Below, piece after piece: positions 10,722 to 23,280 of a stretch of DNA of 64,000 nucleotides (within the stretch, counting starts at the first letter, position 1; each line of letters opens with the position of its first letter). The translations under genes were made by a program, and so were the position numbers. Location of the stretch: the NCBI RefSeq assembly GCF_004010195.1, contig NC_057718.1, forward strand, positions 97,405,644 through 97,469,643, given 5' to 3'. This DNA is from Chiloscyllium plagiosum. Taxonomy: Eukaryota. The notes below the pieces were generated by a model. The model was not told where the DNA came from. It saw nothing but the letters and a program-made list of their open reading frames with translations, and made no database searches.

Positions 10722-13214
10722 TCATGTTATCCACGCCATTCTTACAAATGATACCCAATTGTGATGTCTACAGTTTCCTGCAGTCTGCTGGTCAATAAAT
10801 ACTCAGAAAGTGTGAGGTGGCAACAGAGCCACAAGGCTTTTCTCTCGCTTTTACTGGGATAATAACATTAGAATGTTTGAACTGTGGTGTACATTTTCAA
10901 GCGTATAGAAGGTACTTCTGCTAATCGTGTGATTGAAGACTGTACTTGGCATACTCCATTGTAAAAACTTGATGTTGCTCACTTACCTCATGTGATGGAG
11001 GTGGGATCAGGGGCATCAGATTAGAAATGATTCACTGGAAGTGAAGATTGAGCACATTTCCTCTCTTTTCAAAATATTGACAATCTGTCATCAAGGTGCT
11101 AAGACTTTCAAAGGCAGAATTTATTGAATTCTGACATTCAATTTCAAAAGGTCTGCATTTGTCCTTTTGTATGTCACCCATGAGTCAAAGGAGTATGTTG
11201 GGTGAATCAATTTTCCAGTCAATTTGCCCCAGTCTCCAGTAGTTTGAAGCGAGTTTATTCACGTCCTCTGCCCAATAAGAGATCTAATCAAATGTAATGA
11301 GAGAGACTGAAAGACAACTGAAGTTTCAAATGGAATTGAAGGTGACTCACAGGGATATTCTGATTTGGATTGTACAAAATGATTCAAACACTGTTAGATT
11401 GTCTCCAGAATACAACAAAGCCCATTTTGTTCTTTAACTATTTCATAACACATTGAAGAAAATGTTTTTTCAGCTTAAATGATTTAGTCATCAGTTAGGA
11501 TACTTTATGAGGCTCAAATGCAATCTTATTGCCTCATTCATCTCATATCAGGATTGGCACTTGGTTTCCACTTTCCTACCTGTTACTTGAAAGCTGTGCA
11601 GTGAATTTTGAGTTGCAGTCTCCTGAGAGGATATGTTTTTAAAAGTAAAGTGTTCAGTGTCAATGAAAAAAGGATTGTATGTGATAAATGATCTCAATCA
11701 TGGCTACACCGCCAATGTCTCATCTTCCACCTGAAGATTAGCAATTGCACTGGGATTCTGTGGAGCTGAGATCCCTGGTGAAATTGATTAGTGTGTGTAT
11801 TCTTGAGGAAGTGGGTAGTGTCGCTATGTTTGAGCTAGGAGCCCTGGGTTAAGTCCCACCTGCGCCAGGGATGTGGTCTAAAATCTCTGATCGGGTTGGT
11901 TCAGAAATATTTAGAAAAGAGGAGGAAAGGTGGCACGGTGGTTGTGTCCATACCTCTGATCAAGGAGACCTGGGTGCTAATTTCACCTGGTCTCGGTTTG
12001 TGTCATAACATTTGTGGTTTAACTTTGGCAAAAGTCCTTAACAAGTAATCTTACCATGGCAATTTGAACTCAGTGTTTTCAAAGAAAAAGAGGAGACTGT
12101 TTTTCTAAAAGAAGCATAGAAGGGTGAATAAGGGATGTGATATGTACATGAGACTGGTGGGAGTGAACAGAACATTATTATACATACATTTTGAACTAAA
12201 ATGGTTGAATGTGACTACAATAATTTTCAAGCCAGCATCCTCATCTAATTCTGAATGGACTGACTTTGAGATAACAGCAGTCCTGTGCATTTAATACTTT
12301 GGTTTTGCTTATCAGATCTTCACAGTGGCTGCAACCAGCCCTGTGCAGGTGAAAGGCAGCGAGATTGGTGTAATGGGAATTGTTAGAGTCCTCATTAAAG
12401 TCCAGTACAAAGGAGAGATGAATGGAAGAAATAGCTACAAAATGGTGTTCATGTCCACTTGACTGTAAAAGTTAGAATAACTGTGCGTATTTTGAGCGTG
12501 AGTCATCAGATTTTACTTTCCAGTACTAAGCTCGCAGCTGGAATTACAATTGGGCTTCTCATCCTGGAAGAGTTGAGATGAGAGAATTGTGTGTGGAGAG
12601 CTTCGTGTGTCTTTGTAGGAAGGAATTTCGGAATGAGAAAATGCAATTTAGTTAATTCAATCTGCTCTTCCATTGAGATTTTGACTTGATTGAGACTTCT
12701 CAGTCAAAACCTGCCCTTTGTATTGCCCCCACAGGAACCTGGCCTCTTCTGATATTGATTGGCCATGTTTGCTGGTCATTTGCTCCATAAAATTGAATAT
12801 AATCCATAAATCTCCTCAGAATATTTAACAAGGAAGAAAGAAAGAATATTTAACGAGGGACGAAGTTGTTGCAGGAGTTATAAAGGGCCATTGTGTGAGA
12901 AGAGGGGCACAGGTTGGCATAGTAATTTAACTTCATTCAGAGTAAGGAGGCAATGGTCCCAGTCCATTCCAAAGCTGTGGAAGGGAATTTAACATCCCTA
13001 CTGCAGCAATCTGATCATTCCCCAGTCTGTAAGCCCTGGATGGACTCAAATGAAATGTCTCATGATTTCAAAGTCACTGAACTCCAAAGAAGATTGTACC
13101 TTTGAAAAGGCGCTATGTCACACACTGTGAGGTGTAGCTGGAGGGGACAAAGAATAAGAGGGAATGAGCCAGTAAATTTACTGAGCAAAAAATGGATAGA
13201 TAATGGTAGCCTGA

Positions 13215-13520
13215 GGTCTGTGGCTCAGTAATTGCATTGTCACATCTGACTCAGGGAGACCCAGCAGAAGGGCTACACTGTCATGGATGCAGAATTTCAC
13301 CTTCTGTCCTCAGAATATGGGTGTAACAGATCTCCATTTTGAAACATTTGAAAGATGCAGAGGAGTTACTTCAAGGTGTCCAGGTTAATATTTACCCCTC
13401 AATTAACGTCACAAAGACAGGGAGTCTGGTCATCAACACTGCTGTTTGTGGGAATTTGCTGTGTGCAAATTGGCTATCCAGATTCCTCCATTTCAGCCAT
13501 CACTGTTTCACAAAAATGAC
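13215..13520 (+). mobile_element. Deu-domain SINE, decayed
   Basis: ggtgtccaggttaatatttacccctcaattaacgtcac...tctggtcatcaacactgctgtttgtgggaatttgctgtgtgcaaattggct matches the recalled Deu domain. Confidence 0.7.
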
Positions 13521-15587
13521 GAGCGGAATTTCCTTGTGACCTTTACACCAGCTACTTTTCCGTTCTTAGCTCCTTTAAAAGCGGTGTATTCGATCCGGGA
13601 TTTCCACCTGCAAGTCTTGTGCGCAGAGTCAGGATAATTCCTGGCTCTAACACCCCGACTTTTGAAATATGGCTGCCCCAAGATTGGGGTTTTGCCCTGG
13701 GGGAATGGGCTACTTTAGAAGTATGAGTGGGTGACCCTGAAGTGGGAACAGAGGAGGCCAGGAGTGGGAGTGAGTTGGGAGAAAGGTCTACCTCCACTCA
13801 CCCAGTGCTGATTTGAACTTGCACAAAAAAAAAGCCTTTGTCTCTTGCTGCTTATAACCTCACGTCCCACACTCCTCACTTGTGCCATTACATGCCACCT
13901 CATACCTCGACCCACCTGTGCCCCTTTTCTCACACAATGGCCCTTTATAACTTCTGCAACAACTTAGATCCAACTCATACTCACCCATGTTCCCATCTCC
14001 CGCCCTTTATCTTTCATCTGTCATTCCAACTCCTGGGCAGAGCTCGAAACTTGTGCAAAGATGAGAGGAAATAATTTCCCATAAATTAAAGTTCTGCGTG
14101 TCTACTGCAGACTTTATTACGTTGTAAAATACACTAACTCATAAAACAAAGCATTATTTACTATGTTTATATTCCTTTAATTACTTCATAACTTGTAAAG
14201 ACAAACATTTCATTTAAGTGCTTAATTCCTTGTAGCAACAAGCCTTGGAATTCATTTGTCATTCCAATTCAAAGAGGCTACAACCACTTAGATCTGGCAA
14301 TCAAACTGAAATGGCAGATCTCCCACTCTGATAATAGACGGTTGTTAAATCAGTCATTCAACACCAATCCAGCAAAGATAACCCTCTTTAACACTTGGGA
14401 TCTCCCTATCAAGGTTTCTGACAGATCTTCCTGACACTTTTGACAGATTCTATTCGTATTTTTGATAAATTGTCTTGATAGTAGCTCAAATCGTTTGACA
14501 CTTGTCCTTGACAAGTCTGTTGACAATTGACAGTGACATTGACAGTTCATGAATTTATGTACTTCCTACACACACATCCATGCCTACTTCAAAACCATTC
14601 AAGAAGTCACCTTGCCTTCCCCCTGAAGGGGTATCCTATAGGTCACCCGACTTTCACCAAAGGTGGTATGGCACAAACTCCAAAGGGGTATCTTATAGAA
14701 ATGCAGAAAGTTCTGACATGTTCTTAGCCCAGTCTATCCTCCATTATCCCTATTGACACGCATGTACAACAAGTTAACTTTTAGAATTTCCCTTGCTCCC
14801 GTAAGCAGTTTTCCTGTTTACGAACCAGCGTTTTCTGCAACAGTCAGAACGCCAACAGTGAGGAACTTCTGTGGAAAATGTAATTTCCCCTTAAATGCCT
14901 GCATTGAAAACGATATATTGTGTGAAAATGAAATTCTCCTAATGTGCTTGAGTACAATTCTCATGCTGTTAACAGATCTGAACTGTGGAGATTGTTTGCT
15001 GATAATTTAACTTTACTGCAGAGGGAGTTATCATGAAAAAACGGTTCATAAAATGGAACTGCTTTCTGTGAGTGGATAACAACCTTTCTGGCTACATTTT
15101 GAAAAAAGTGGGACCAGACTATTATTGGGTCGTTTTTAAAGCAGACAGAATAAATTCAGACAGCTGCAGTGTCTGCTTTGGCTCTTCAACCTTACAGCAA
15201 AGCATCCTTCAGAATAAGGTAGTTTGCAAGATAAATCAGCTGGTCAACATCATTATTAGATCCTAATGATGGTCATTCCGCTCCAAATAATGACGCAACA
15301 TCAGAGAGAGCAGTGTAATATGTCTACTTTAAATGGGGAGCATTGCAGGTCTTACCCCATTTAAATCATTCTGTCAGAGGTGTATTGCCTTTTTACAGCA
15401 AAACATTAAGAGGTTGTTGTTTCTTGTGAGGAATAATATGTTTCATTTAAAAATAAGTTATGTGGATCCATTAGTGCAGATGCAGAGCATTCATTTTTTG
15501 ATTTTGAGAGAATTAACCATCAGTGAGCAATAACAGTTGCTGAGAATTCACTTGGGTTGGTTCATGAGCATAAAGAAATTGCACAGT

Positions 15588-15861
15588 AGTCATAGAGATG
15601 TACAGCACGGAAACAGACCCTTCGGTCCAACCTGTCCATGCTGACCAGATATCCCAACCCAATCTAGTCCCACCTGCCAGCACCCGGCCCCTATCCCTCC
15701 AAACCCCTCCTATTCATATACCCATCCAAATGCCTCATAAATGTTGCAATTGTACTAGCCTCCACCACTTCCTCTGGCAGCTCATTCCATACCTGTACCA
15801 ACCTCTGTGTGAAATAATTGCCCTTTAGGTCTCTTTTATATCTTTCCCCTCTCACCCTAAA
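15588..15861 (-). mobile_element. CR1/HER1 3' end, first half of a split copy (continues at 17958-18020)
   Basis: Reverse complement of the 3' UTR at 17684-17957. The sequence ctcaccctaaa|(c)ctatgccctctagttctgg is split across the two pieces. Confidence 0.9.
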
Positions 15862-15998
15862 TGCAGGTAAAGGGACGGCTGGAATATGGGAAGCCTTCAG
15901 AAATGAGATAACAAGAATTCAGAGAAAGTATATTCCTGCCAGGGTGAAAGGGAAGGCTGGTAGGTATAGGGAATGCTGGATGACAAAAGAAATTGAGG

Positions 15999-16204
15999 TG
16001 AAAATGTGTTGCTGGAATAGCGCAGCAGGTCAGGCAGCATCCAGGGAACAGGAGAATCGACGTTTCGGGCATAAGCCCTTCTTCAGGTGCTTATGTCCGA
16101 AACGTCGATTCTCCTGTTCCCTGGATGCTGCCTGACCTGCTGCGCTTTTCCAGCAACACATTTTCAGCTCTGATCGCCAGCATCTGCAGACCTCACTTTC
16201 TTCC
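15999..16204. mobile_element. Fold-back Penelope-like mini-insertion inside CR1, 15-bp TSD
   Basis: caaaagaaattgagg at 15984-15998 and 16205-16219. Inverted arms; intact hammerhead core on the - strand at 16059-16086. Confidence 0.9.
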
Positions 16205-17102
16205 CAAAAGAAATTGAGGGTTTGGTTAAGAAAAAGAAGGAAGCATATGTCAGGTATAGACAGGATAGATCGAGTGAATCCTTCGAAGAGTATAAAGAAG
16301 GTAGGAGTATACTTAAGAGGGAAATCAGGAGGGCAAAACGGGGACATGAAATGGCTTTGGCAAATAGAATTAAGGAGAATCCAAAGGGTTTTTACAAATA
16401 TGTTAAGGACAAAAGGGTAACTAGGGAGAATAGGGCCCCTCAAAGATCAGCAAGGCGGCCTTTGTGTGGAGCCACAGAAAATGGGGGAGATACTAAATGA
16501 ATATTTTGCATCAGTATTTACTGTGGAAAAGGATATGGAAGATATAGACTGTAGGGAAATAGAAGGTGACATCTTGTAAAATGTCCAGATTACAGAGCAG
16601 GGAGTGCTGGATGTCTTGAAACAGTTAAAAGTGGATAAATCCCCAGGACCTGATCAGGTGTACCTGAGAACTCTGTGAGAAGCTAGAGAAGTGATTGCTA
16701 GGCCTATTGCTGAGATATTTGTATCATCGATAGTCACAGGTGAGGTGCCGGAAGACTGGAGGTTGGCTTACGTGTGCCCTGTTGAAGAAGGGTGGTAAAG
16801 ACAAGCCAGAGAACTATAGACCGGTGAGCCTGACCTCGGTGGTGGGCAAGTTGTTGGAGAGAATCCTGAGGGACAAGGTGTACATGTATTTGGAAAGGCA
16901 AGGACTGATTCGAGATAGTCAACATGGCTTTGTGCATGGAAAATCATGTCTCACAAACTTGAATGAGTTTTTTGAAGAAGTAACAAAGAAGATTGATGAG
17001 GGCAGAGAGGTAGATGTGATCTATATGGACTTCATTAAGGCGGTCGACAAGGTTCCCCATGAGAGACTGATTAGCAAGGTTAGATCTCATGGAATACAGG
17101 GA

Positions 17103-17683
17103 NNNNNNNNNNNNNNNNNNNNNNNNNNNNNNNNNNNNNNNNNNNNNNNNNNNNNNNNNNNNNNNNNNNNNNNNNNNNNNNNNNNNNNNNNNNNNNNNNN
17201 NNNNNNNNNNNNNNNNNNNNNNNNNNNNNNNNNNNNNNNNNNNNNNNNNNNNNNNNNNNNNNNNNNNNNNNNNNNNNNNNNNNNNNNNNNNNNNNNNNNN
17301 NNNNNNNNNNNNNNNNNNNNNNNNNNNNNNNNNNNNNNNNNNNNNNNNNNNNNNNNNNNNNNNNNNNNNNNNNNNNNNNNNNNNNNNNNNNNNNNNNNNN
17401 NNNNNNNNNNNNNNNNNNNNNNNNNNNNNNNNNNNNNNNNNNNNNNNNNNNNNNNNNNNNNNNNNNNNNNNNNNNNNNNNNNNNNNNNNNNNNNNNNNNN
17501 NNNNNNNNNNNNNNNNNNNNNNNNNNNNNNNNNNNNNNNNNNNNNNNNNNNNNNNNNNNNNNNNNNNNNNNNNNNNNNNNNNNNNNNNNNNNNNNNNNNN
17601 NNNNNNNNNNNNNNNNNNNNNNNNNNNNNNNNNNNNNNNNNNNNNNNNNNNNNNNNNNNNNNNNNNNNNNNNNNNNNNNNNNN
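17103..17683. other. Assembly gap (N run)
   Basis: Run of n inside the CR1 RT region. Confidence 1.
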
Positions 17684-18194
17684 GTGAGAGGGGAAAGATA
17701 TAAAAGAGACCTAAGGGGCAACTTTTTCACACAGAGGGTGGTACGTGTATGGAATGAGCTGCCAGAGGAAGTGGTGGAGGCTGGTACAATTGTAACATTT
17801 AAGAGGCATTTGGATGGTATATAAATAGGAAGGGTTTGGAGGGATATGGGCCGGGTGCTGGCAGGTGGGACTAGATTGGGTTGGGATATCTGGTCGGCAT
17901 GGACGGGTTGGACCGAAGGGTCTGTTTCTGTGCTGTACATCTCTATGACTCTATGACTCTATGCCCTCTAGTTCTGGACTCCCCGACCCCAGGGAAAAGA
18001 CTTTGCCTATTTACCCTAGTAACATCTTGGGACGTTTTGCTTTGCCAACAAAGCCACATCAATGCAAGTTGTTGTTGTGTCAAGATGCACCGATGATTTT
18101 TGGATGTTGTAAATGTCTTGTGTTTAGTCAAGGTGAAGTTGTGGTGCAGCCTCTCCCAACTGTAGGAGGCCTGAGCTTTATTTATTTGAAAGCT

Positions 18195-18318
18195 CAGAGA
18201 AAGTGAGGGCTGCAGATGCTGAAGATCAGAGAGACGAAAAGTGTTGCGCTGGAAAAGCACAGCAGCATCCGAGAGGCAGGGGAGTCAATGTGTCGGGCAT
18301 AAGTCCTTCCTCAGGAAC
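18195..18318 (-). mobile_element. Penelope-like terminal fragment
   Basis: gaaagtgagggctgcagatgctg...ctggaaaagcacagcagc...cgggcataagtccttcctcagg is the reverse complement of the 2520-2650 terminus. Confidence 0.7.
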
Positions 18319-18656
18319 TTGAAAATGACCTTGACCTGGCCTCTCAGTTGAAGTTTCTCTTGAGGTCATTAGGAATGTAAAAGATCATAAAATTGGCTGC
18401 TGAGTCATCACCATCACTCTGTTGTGTGATTAGTGGTCCATGGGCTGTTGTTCAGTTAGACCTTCCATCAACCATTCATCCAGACACAAGAATGCCAAAT
18501 TTCAAATGATCACAACAATGCAGGAGAAATGGGTGCCAATGGAATGGCAGGTCAACTCTGATTGGCTGATGTGTTACCATGGAAAGTGTCAGCTACCTTG
18601 TGGGACTTTGTCAGTGAACTGTCCTCAAATTTGCATAAAAATCAGCGATGAATTAG

Positions 18657-19425
18657 GTCATAAGACCATAAGGCACAGGAGCAGATATTAGGCCATTCAG
18701 CCCATCGAGCCTGCTCTGCCATTCAATCATCATTATTGAGTTTCTCAACCCCATTCTCCCACTTTCTGCCTGTAACCCTTGATCCCCTTGATACTCAAGA
18801 ACCTGTCTATCCCTGTCTTAAATATACTCAATGACCTGGCCTCCACAACCTTCTGTGGCAGTGAGTTCATTAGATTCCCCACTCTCTGACTGAAGAAGTT
18901 TCTCCTTATCTCCGTTCTAAAAGGTCTTCCCTTTACTCTAAGGCTGTGTCCTCGGGTCCTAGTCTCTCTTATCAATGGGAACATCTCATCCACTCTGTCC
19001 AGGCCATTCAGTATTCCGTATGTTTCAATTAGATTCCCCCCTCATCCTTCTAAACTCCATCAAGAATAGACCCAGAGTCCTCAAATGTTCCTCATAGGTT
19101 AAGCTTTTCATTCCTGGGACTTGCTCTTCACACCATTCGCGTGAACCTCCTCTGAACAGACTCCAGGGCTAGTGCCTCCTTCCTGAGATACCGGGTCCAA
19201 AACTGCACACAATACTCCAAATGTGTTCTGACCCGAGCCTTACAGAGTCTCAGAAGTACACCCCCGCTTTTATATTCAAGTCCTCTCAAAATAAGTCCCA
19301 TCATTGCATTTGCCTTCCTAACTACTGACTCAACCTGCAAGTTTACCTTGAGACAACCCTGGACTAAAACTCTCAAGTCTCTTTGCATTTGAGACTTCTG
19401 AATTTTCTCCCTATTCAGAAAATAA
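18657..19425 (-). mobile_element. CR1-type LINE 3' fragment (second subfamily)
   Basis: ORFs 19128..19388(-) RTHLEYCVQFW...QRRFTRM and 18745..18993(-) TRGHSLRVKGRPFRTEIRRNFFSQRV. Confidence 0.9.
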
Positions 19426-19984
19426 TCAGGTGGGTAAATGATTTACGGTGCTTTATTTGTGTTTCCGCAATGTGGATAGGGTTAAAATCCCCCCTTCTGC
19501 GGTATTCTCTTTCTGGTCATCCCCTTAAAGACGATTCATATTGAATCAAACTGTGTTGTGTGCTACCTTGGGAACTATCACAGATTGTAAATCCTATCTC
19601 ATGCTGTTAATCCATAACCAACACATCTTTCCCATCTTACACTGCACTTATTTAATGAAAGCTCACTTTGAGACTTTTACTGTGCGCACTTGAGGTAGCA
19701 GCTGAGGCCCCAAACTCCTACTGTGTATCCTAAGGCAACAATTCTTTATGCTCTACTCTCTAAACCATCTCCTCAGAAGATTTGAATTGTGTGTACTGGA
19801 CGAGATACACGCTGTAGGTATTTCTCACCAACCTGTTCAGACACATTTCCGGGGCAGGTGAGGCTTAAACCTAGACTTTCTGGTCCAGAATAGTAGGGAC
19901 AGTACCACTGCACCACAGGACACAGCAAACTCACTCTATATGAACACATCTTCCTTTATCATCAAGCCCTGGGGTGGGACTCAA

Positions 19985-20740
19985 AATATGAACAAGGAAC
20001 AAAGCTAGTCCATTCAGACCTTGGAGTGTACCCGACATTCAACTTAACTTCAATTCTACATTCCTGCATATCCCCAATAATCCTTCAGCCCCTTCATAAT
20101 CAAGACTCAACCTACCTCTCCCTTAAAGCTATTGAAAGAACCAGCCTCCCCTCCAGCATCCTGACTTGTAAATACATCACCATTCCTTCAGAGTCATTGG
20201 GTTAAGATCCAGGAATTCCCTCCCTTACCAACACGCTGGGTGTACCTTTCACCAAGTGGACTGCAGCGGTTCAAGAAGGCAGCTCACCAACCACCTTTTC
20301 AAGGGCAGTTAGAGAAATGGGAATAAATACAGCCAGCAATGCCCACATCCCATGATTAAAATCTACTGCCTTATGAGGTAGGGATTTCCAAAATCCTAAC
20401 ACCCCCCCGAAATAAAAATATTTTCTTCATCTCTGTTGTAAATGAGTGACCCCTTTGTTTTTAAATAGTGCTCCTAGTTCTAGACTCTCCAACAAATGGA
20501 AATATCCTTCCACTTTGCCTGGTAAGTCCCCACAGGACCTTATCTGTTTCAGTTAAGCCACCTCCGAATCTTCTAAACCTCCAGAGGATACTGGTCTAGG
20601 TTGTCCAGCCTTTCCGCGTAAGGCAGTCTGCACATTCCAGTGTATGTCTACACATCCAACTCACTGGCATCCTCCCCTAAGTATGGTCACCAGGATTGTG
20701 CACTGTACTCCAGGTGCAATCTCACCAATGTGCTATACTG
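19985..20740 (-). mobile_element. Old CR1 3' fragment interrupted by a + strand LINE tail (about 20150-20360)
   Basis: cctagttctagactctcc and cactgtactccaggtg are CR1 motifs. The insert carries ggactgcagcggttcaagaaggcagctcacc...gcccacatcccatga, a tail shared with SINEs elsewhere in the window. Confidence 0.65.
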
Positions 20741-20859
20741 CAGAACCTGAAGCTTCTGACAGAGGCTGGATCAGTACCCACTGCATCGGCTAAATGCTTG
20801 GCCCATCTGCTGCAGTATACCCCAGGCTGATCATTTGGTCATGTCTTGGGCAAGGTTCA

Positions 20860-21035
20860 CACGCTCATTAGTTTCACTAATGCCCTTCGGGGCAGGAAAC
20901 CGCCATGCTTACCTGATCTGGCGTACGTGTGACTAGTCCCAGAAAAGCGTGGTTGATTCTCAACTGGGTAATTAGGGATGGGCAGCAATATCTAACCAGC
21001 AATATCTTCATCCTGTGAATGAATGAAAAAAAGTT
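20860..21035 (+). mobile_element. SINE fragment with gggtaattagggatggg...tgaatgaa tail
   Basis: ttcactaatgcccttc...cttacctgatctggc...tggttgattctcaactg; same family at 22940-23280, 28480-28810(-), 31085-31385, 61820-62000. Confidence 0.65.
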
Positions 21036-21160
21036 TACATTCACAAATCCTGTCACGCACCACTGACCACTCACATCCCACCTTGTCTTTGGGCTCAAGT
21101 TTTCCCCATTGCTGCTGAGTGAAATCCAACATGAACTCTGGAAGCTCAGATCACTCGGAA

Positions 21161-21282
21161 TTTGCTTAATGGAGAAATTTCAGATTCCTTTCATTTGCAG
21201 TCCTCATTTTCTTGCTGCAGCTGCATACACACCTGTCACAAGATCCAGTTTTAGATGGTACGTAGTATAAATGGTACTGTTG
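21161..21282 (+). repeat. Copy 1 of a ~120-bp local direct duplication (copy 2 at 24375-24495)
   Basis: taatggagaaatttc...tcctcat.ttcttgctgcagctgcatacac...gtcacaagatccagtt occurs twice, 3.2 kb apart. Confidence 0.9.
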
Positions 21283-22939
21283 AAACTCTTGTAAAATGTC
21301 AAGGATTCAAATTGAAAGACCACAAAACTCTTTAAATATTATTGACAGTTTAATTAATCAGAATCCCCCTGAGCCAATAAGTGAAAATGGCAGGCTTCAA
21401 TCTTAATCATAATAATGTCTCATTTTACCCTGTCATTGATCACAGTGTTACAACCAGTGCTTGAATCTCCCTTCAGCACCATTTTTTTTGTGTACTATTT
21501 CACAGGCAGTTTTAAAATTCCAGTCTGTGCTATTTTAATGTGGTTGAACTGTTTAATTCAAATGGCTTAAGGCTTGGCATTAGAACAATATGTACAGAAT
21601 TTAACCTGAGCACATTAGCTCAGCTGCTGAAAATAGTGCAAAGAGCGAGTGAAAGCTTTTTAATCTATTAATTTAAATGAAATAGGATATATTGACTTTT
21701 TGCACGAACAGGTCTTTCAGTCTAAAATGCCGGAAGTCAGCAGAGAAATCCAAGTAACTTTTGTTTCGCACAGATTCTGTCTAACAACAAACTGGTGGTT
21801 GAATAATCTTGTTAATGGTTTTCTGGTATGTACCACAAATTTAATTTGCCGTTGACAGTCGTTCCCCCGTTCTTCTTCCTCCTCCTACTGATGAAACACC
21901 CACCTCACAAAACAGTGACTGTCAGCATGTCATTCCCTTCCCTCCTGCTTGTCATGTTAAAAAGCTACCGGGCTTGTCAGAATGTCTTGCAGCATCAGCG
22001 CAGGCATCAGACGAGACCCGTTAACCCTCTCGATTCAATGAGACCCTAGCTGTTCGATGACTTCTTTCCCTTCTGTACATAAGTATCGAGTGCACCTCCA
22101 TGTCCTTTAATGCCTTTTCGCTCACAAAAATCTTACAGCTGCAATTTATGATTGATCAAGGATCAATTGCCAGCGATAGATGAGATTTGTAATCTTCTGC
22201 CAACTCTTTGTCTGAAAATGTATTTCCTAGATTTCATTCCTGAAAGGCTGGGGTCCAATTGTTAGACTTAGTTCTAGAATCTCTCTACCCTGCCTTATTG
22301 TCTTGAAAACTTTAATTGAACCCTCTGTTAACCTTCTAAATTACAGAAAATACAACCCCAGTGTACATAATCTCTCCTCCTAAATTGGCCAAGTATCATA
22401 TATGAGGGCACACTTCCTCCGAGGCCTTTGTATCCTTCAACCTGAAAGGCGCTTGCTGTGAGTAACCCAGGAGAAAATTCAAAGGGGCGTGAAATAGAAA
22501 GCGCTTTCTTCCCGATTGACTTTGAACACTCTTTATCTTCAAATGTACATAAAAGAGCTGTTTGTTCTGCTCTGCCGCAGGGAGTGCAAATTACATCATA
22601 ACCAGCCCTGGCCAAGATTCTGCAGCAAGGCAGAGAACACATGAGAGCGGTGTAGGTCACCCCAGTCGGCAGCCTAAAACGGAAACTCTCTGGTGTCAGA
22701 TAGATTCCTCACCGCTATTGGGATGGCAATAGGTTCTTTGCAAGAACAATTTGATCTTCAAGTATTATGCAAGCCAAGAATTTAAAGAACTGTTGTTATT
22801 TTACCTGTTCCATTACCACCTGCTGTTTTCTTACACCTACAATCTCTTTTGTTACTTAATCGCTCCTACCTTCCTCTCCATAACCATCCAGCCCTTTTAT
22901 TCTTTCATCCTTCCTCTCTAACCCCTGAACAGTTCCAAG

Positions 22940-23280
22940 AGGAGGTGATGGACCAGTGCCAGACTATTAATCCAGAAAGCCAAGTGATTGTCTGGGGACT
23001 CAGGATCAAGTCCTGCCGTGTAGAATTTTACATCAATAGACGTCTGGTGTGAAGAGTCTAATGGTGACTGCAGAACCATTATTGAGCAGGGGAAACCTCC
23101 TCTGGTTCATTAATGCCCTTTAGAGAGGGAAATCTGTCATCTTTACTTGGTCTGGCCCGCATGCGCCTCCAGACTCTCAGTAATGTGATTGACTCTTAAC
23201 TGCGCTCGGGGTCAGTTAGGGAAGGATAATAAACACGGGCCTCTCCAGTGAAACCCACATCCTATGAATGAATAAGAGGG
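22940..23280 (+). mobile_element. tRNA-derived SINE (tail-sharing family)
   Basis: cagactattaatccagaaagccaag...tctggttcattaatgccctttagagagggaaatctgtcatc...gactcttaactg...cccacatcctatgaatgaat. Confidence 0.7.

Larger units (their letters stand above)
15862..17957 (+). mobile_element. 5'-truncated CR1/HER1 LINE (ORF2 linker, RT, 3' UTR) containing a gap
   Basis: ORF 16740..17687 KKGGKDKPENYRPVSLTSVVGKLLERIL...SQHGFVHGKSCLTNL...VDVIYMDF (RT); tail (ctatgact)n. Confidence 0.95.

Noticed and set aside
12316..12348. 33-nt phase-0 open segment (IFTVAATSPVQ) between tatcag and gtgaaa
   Set aside because: Weak donor, no homology recognised; such pseudo-exons are expected by chance in a large intron.
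22581..22732. Acceptor (tctgccgcag) followed by a ~50-codon open frame
   Set aside because: No homology, no good donor, and phase 0 hits a stop after six codons.
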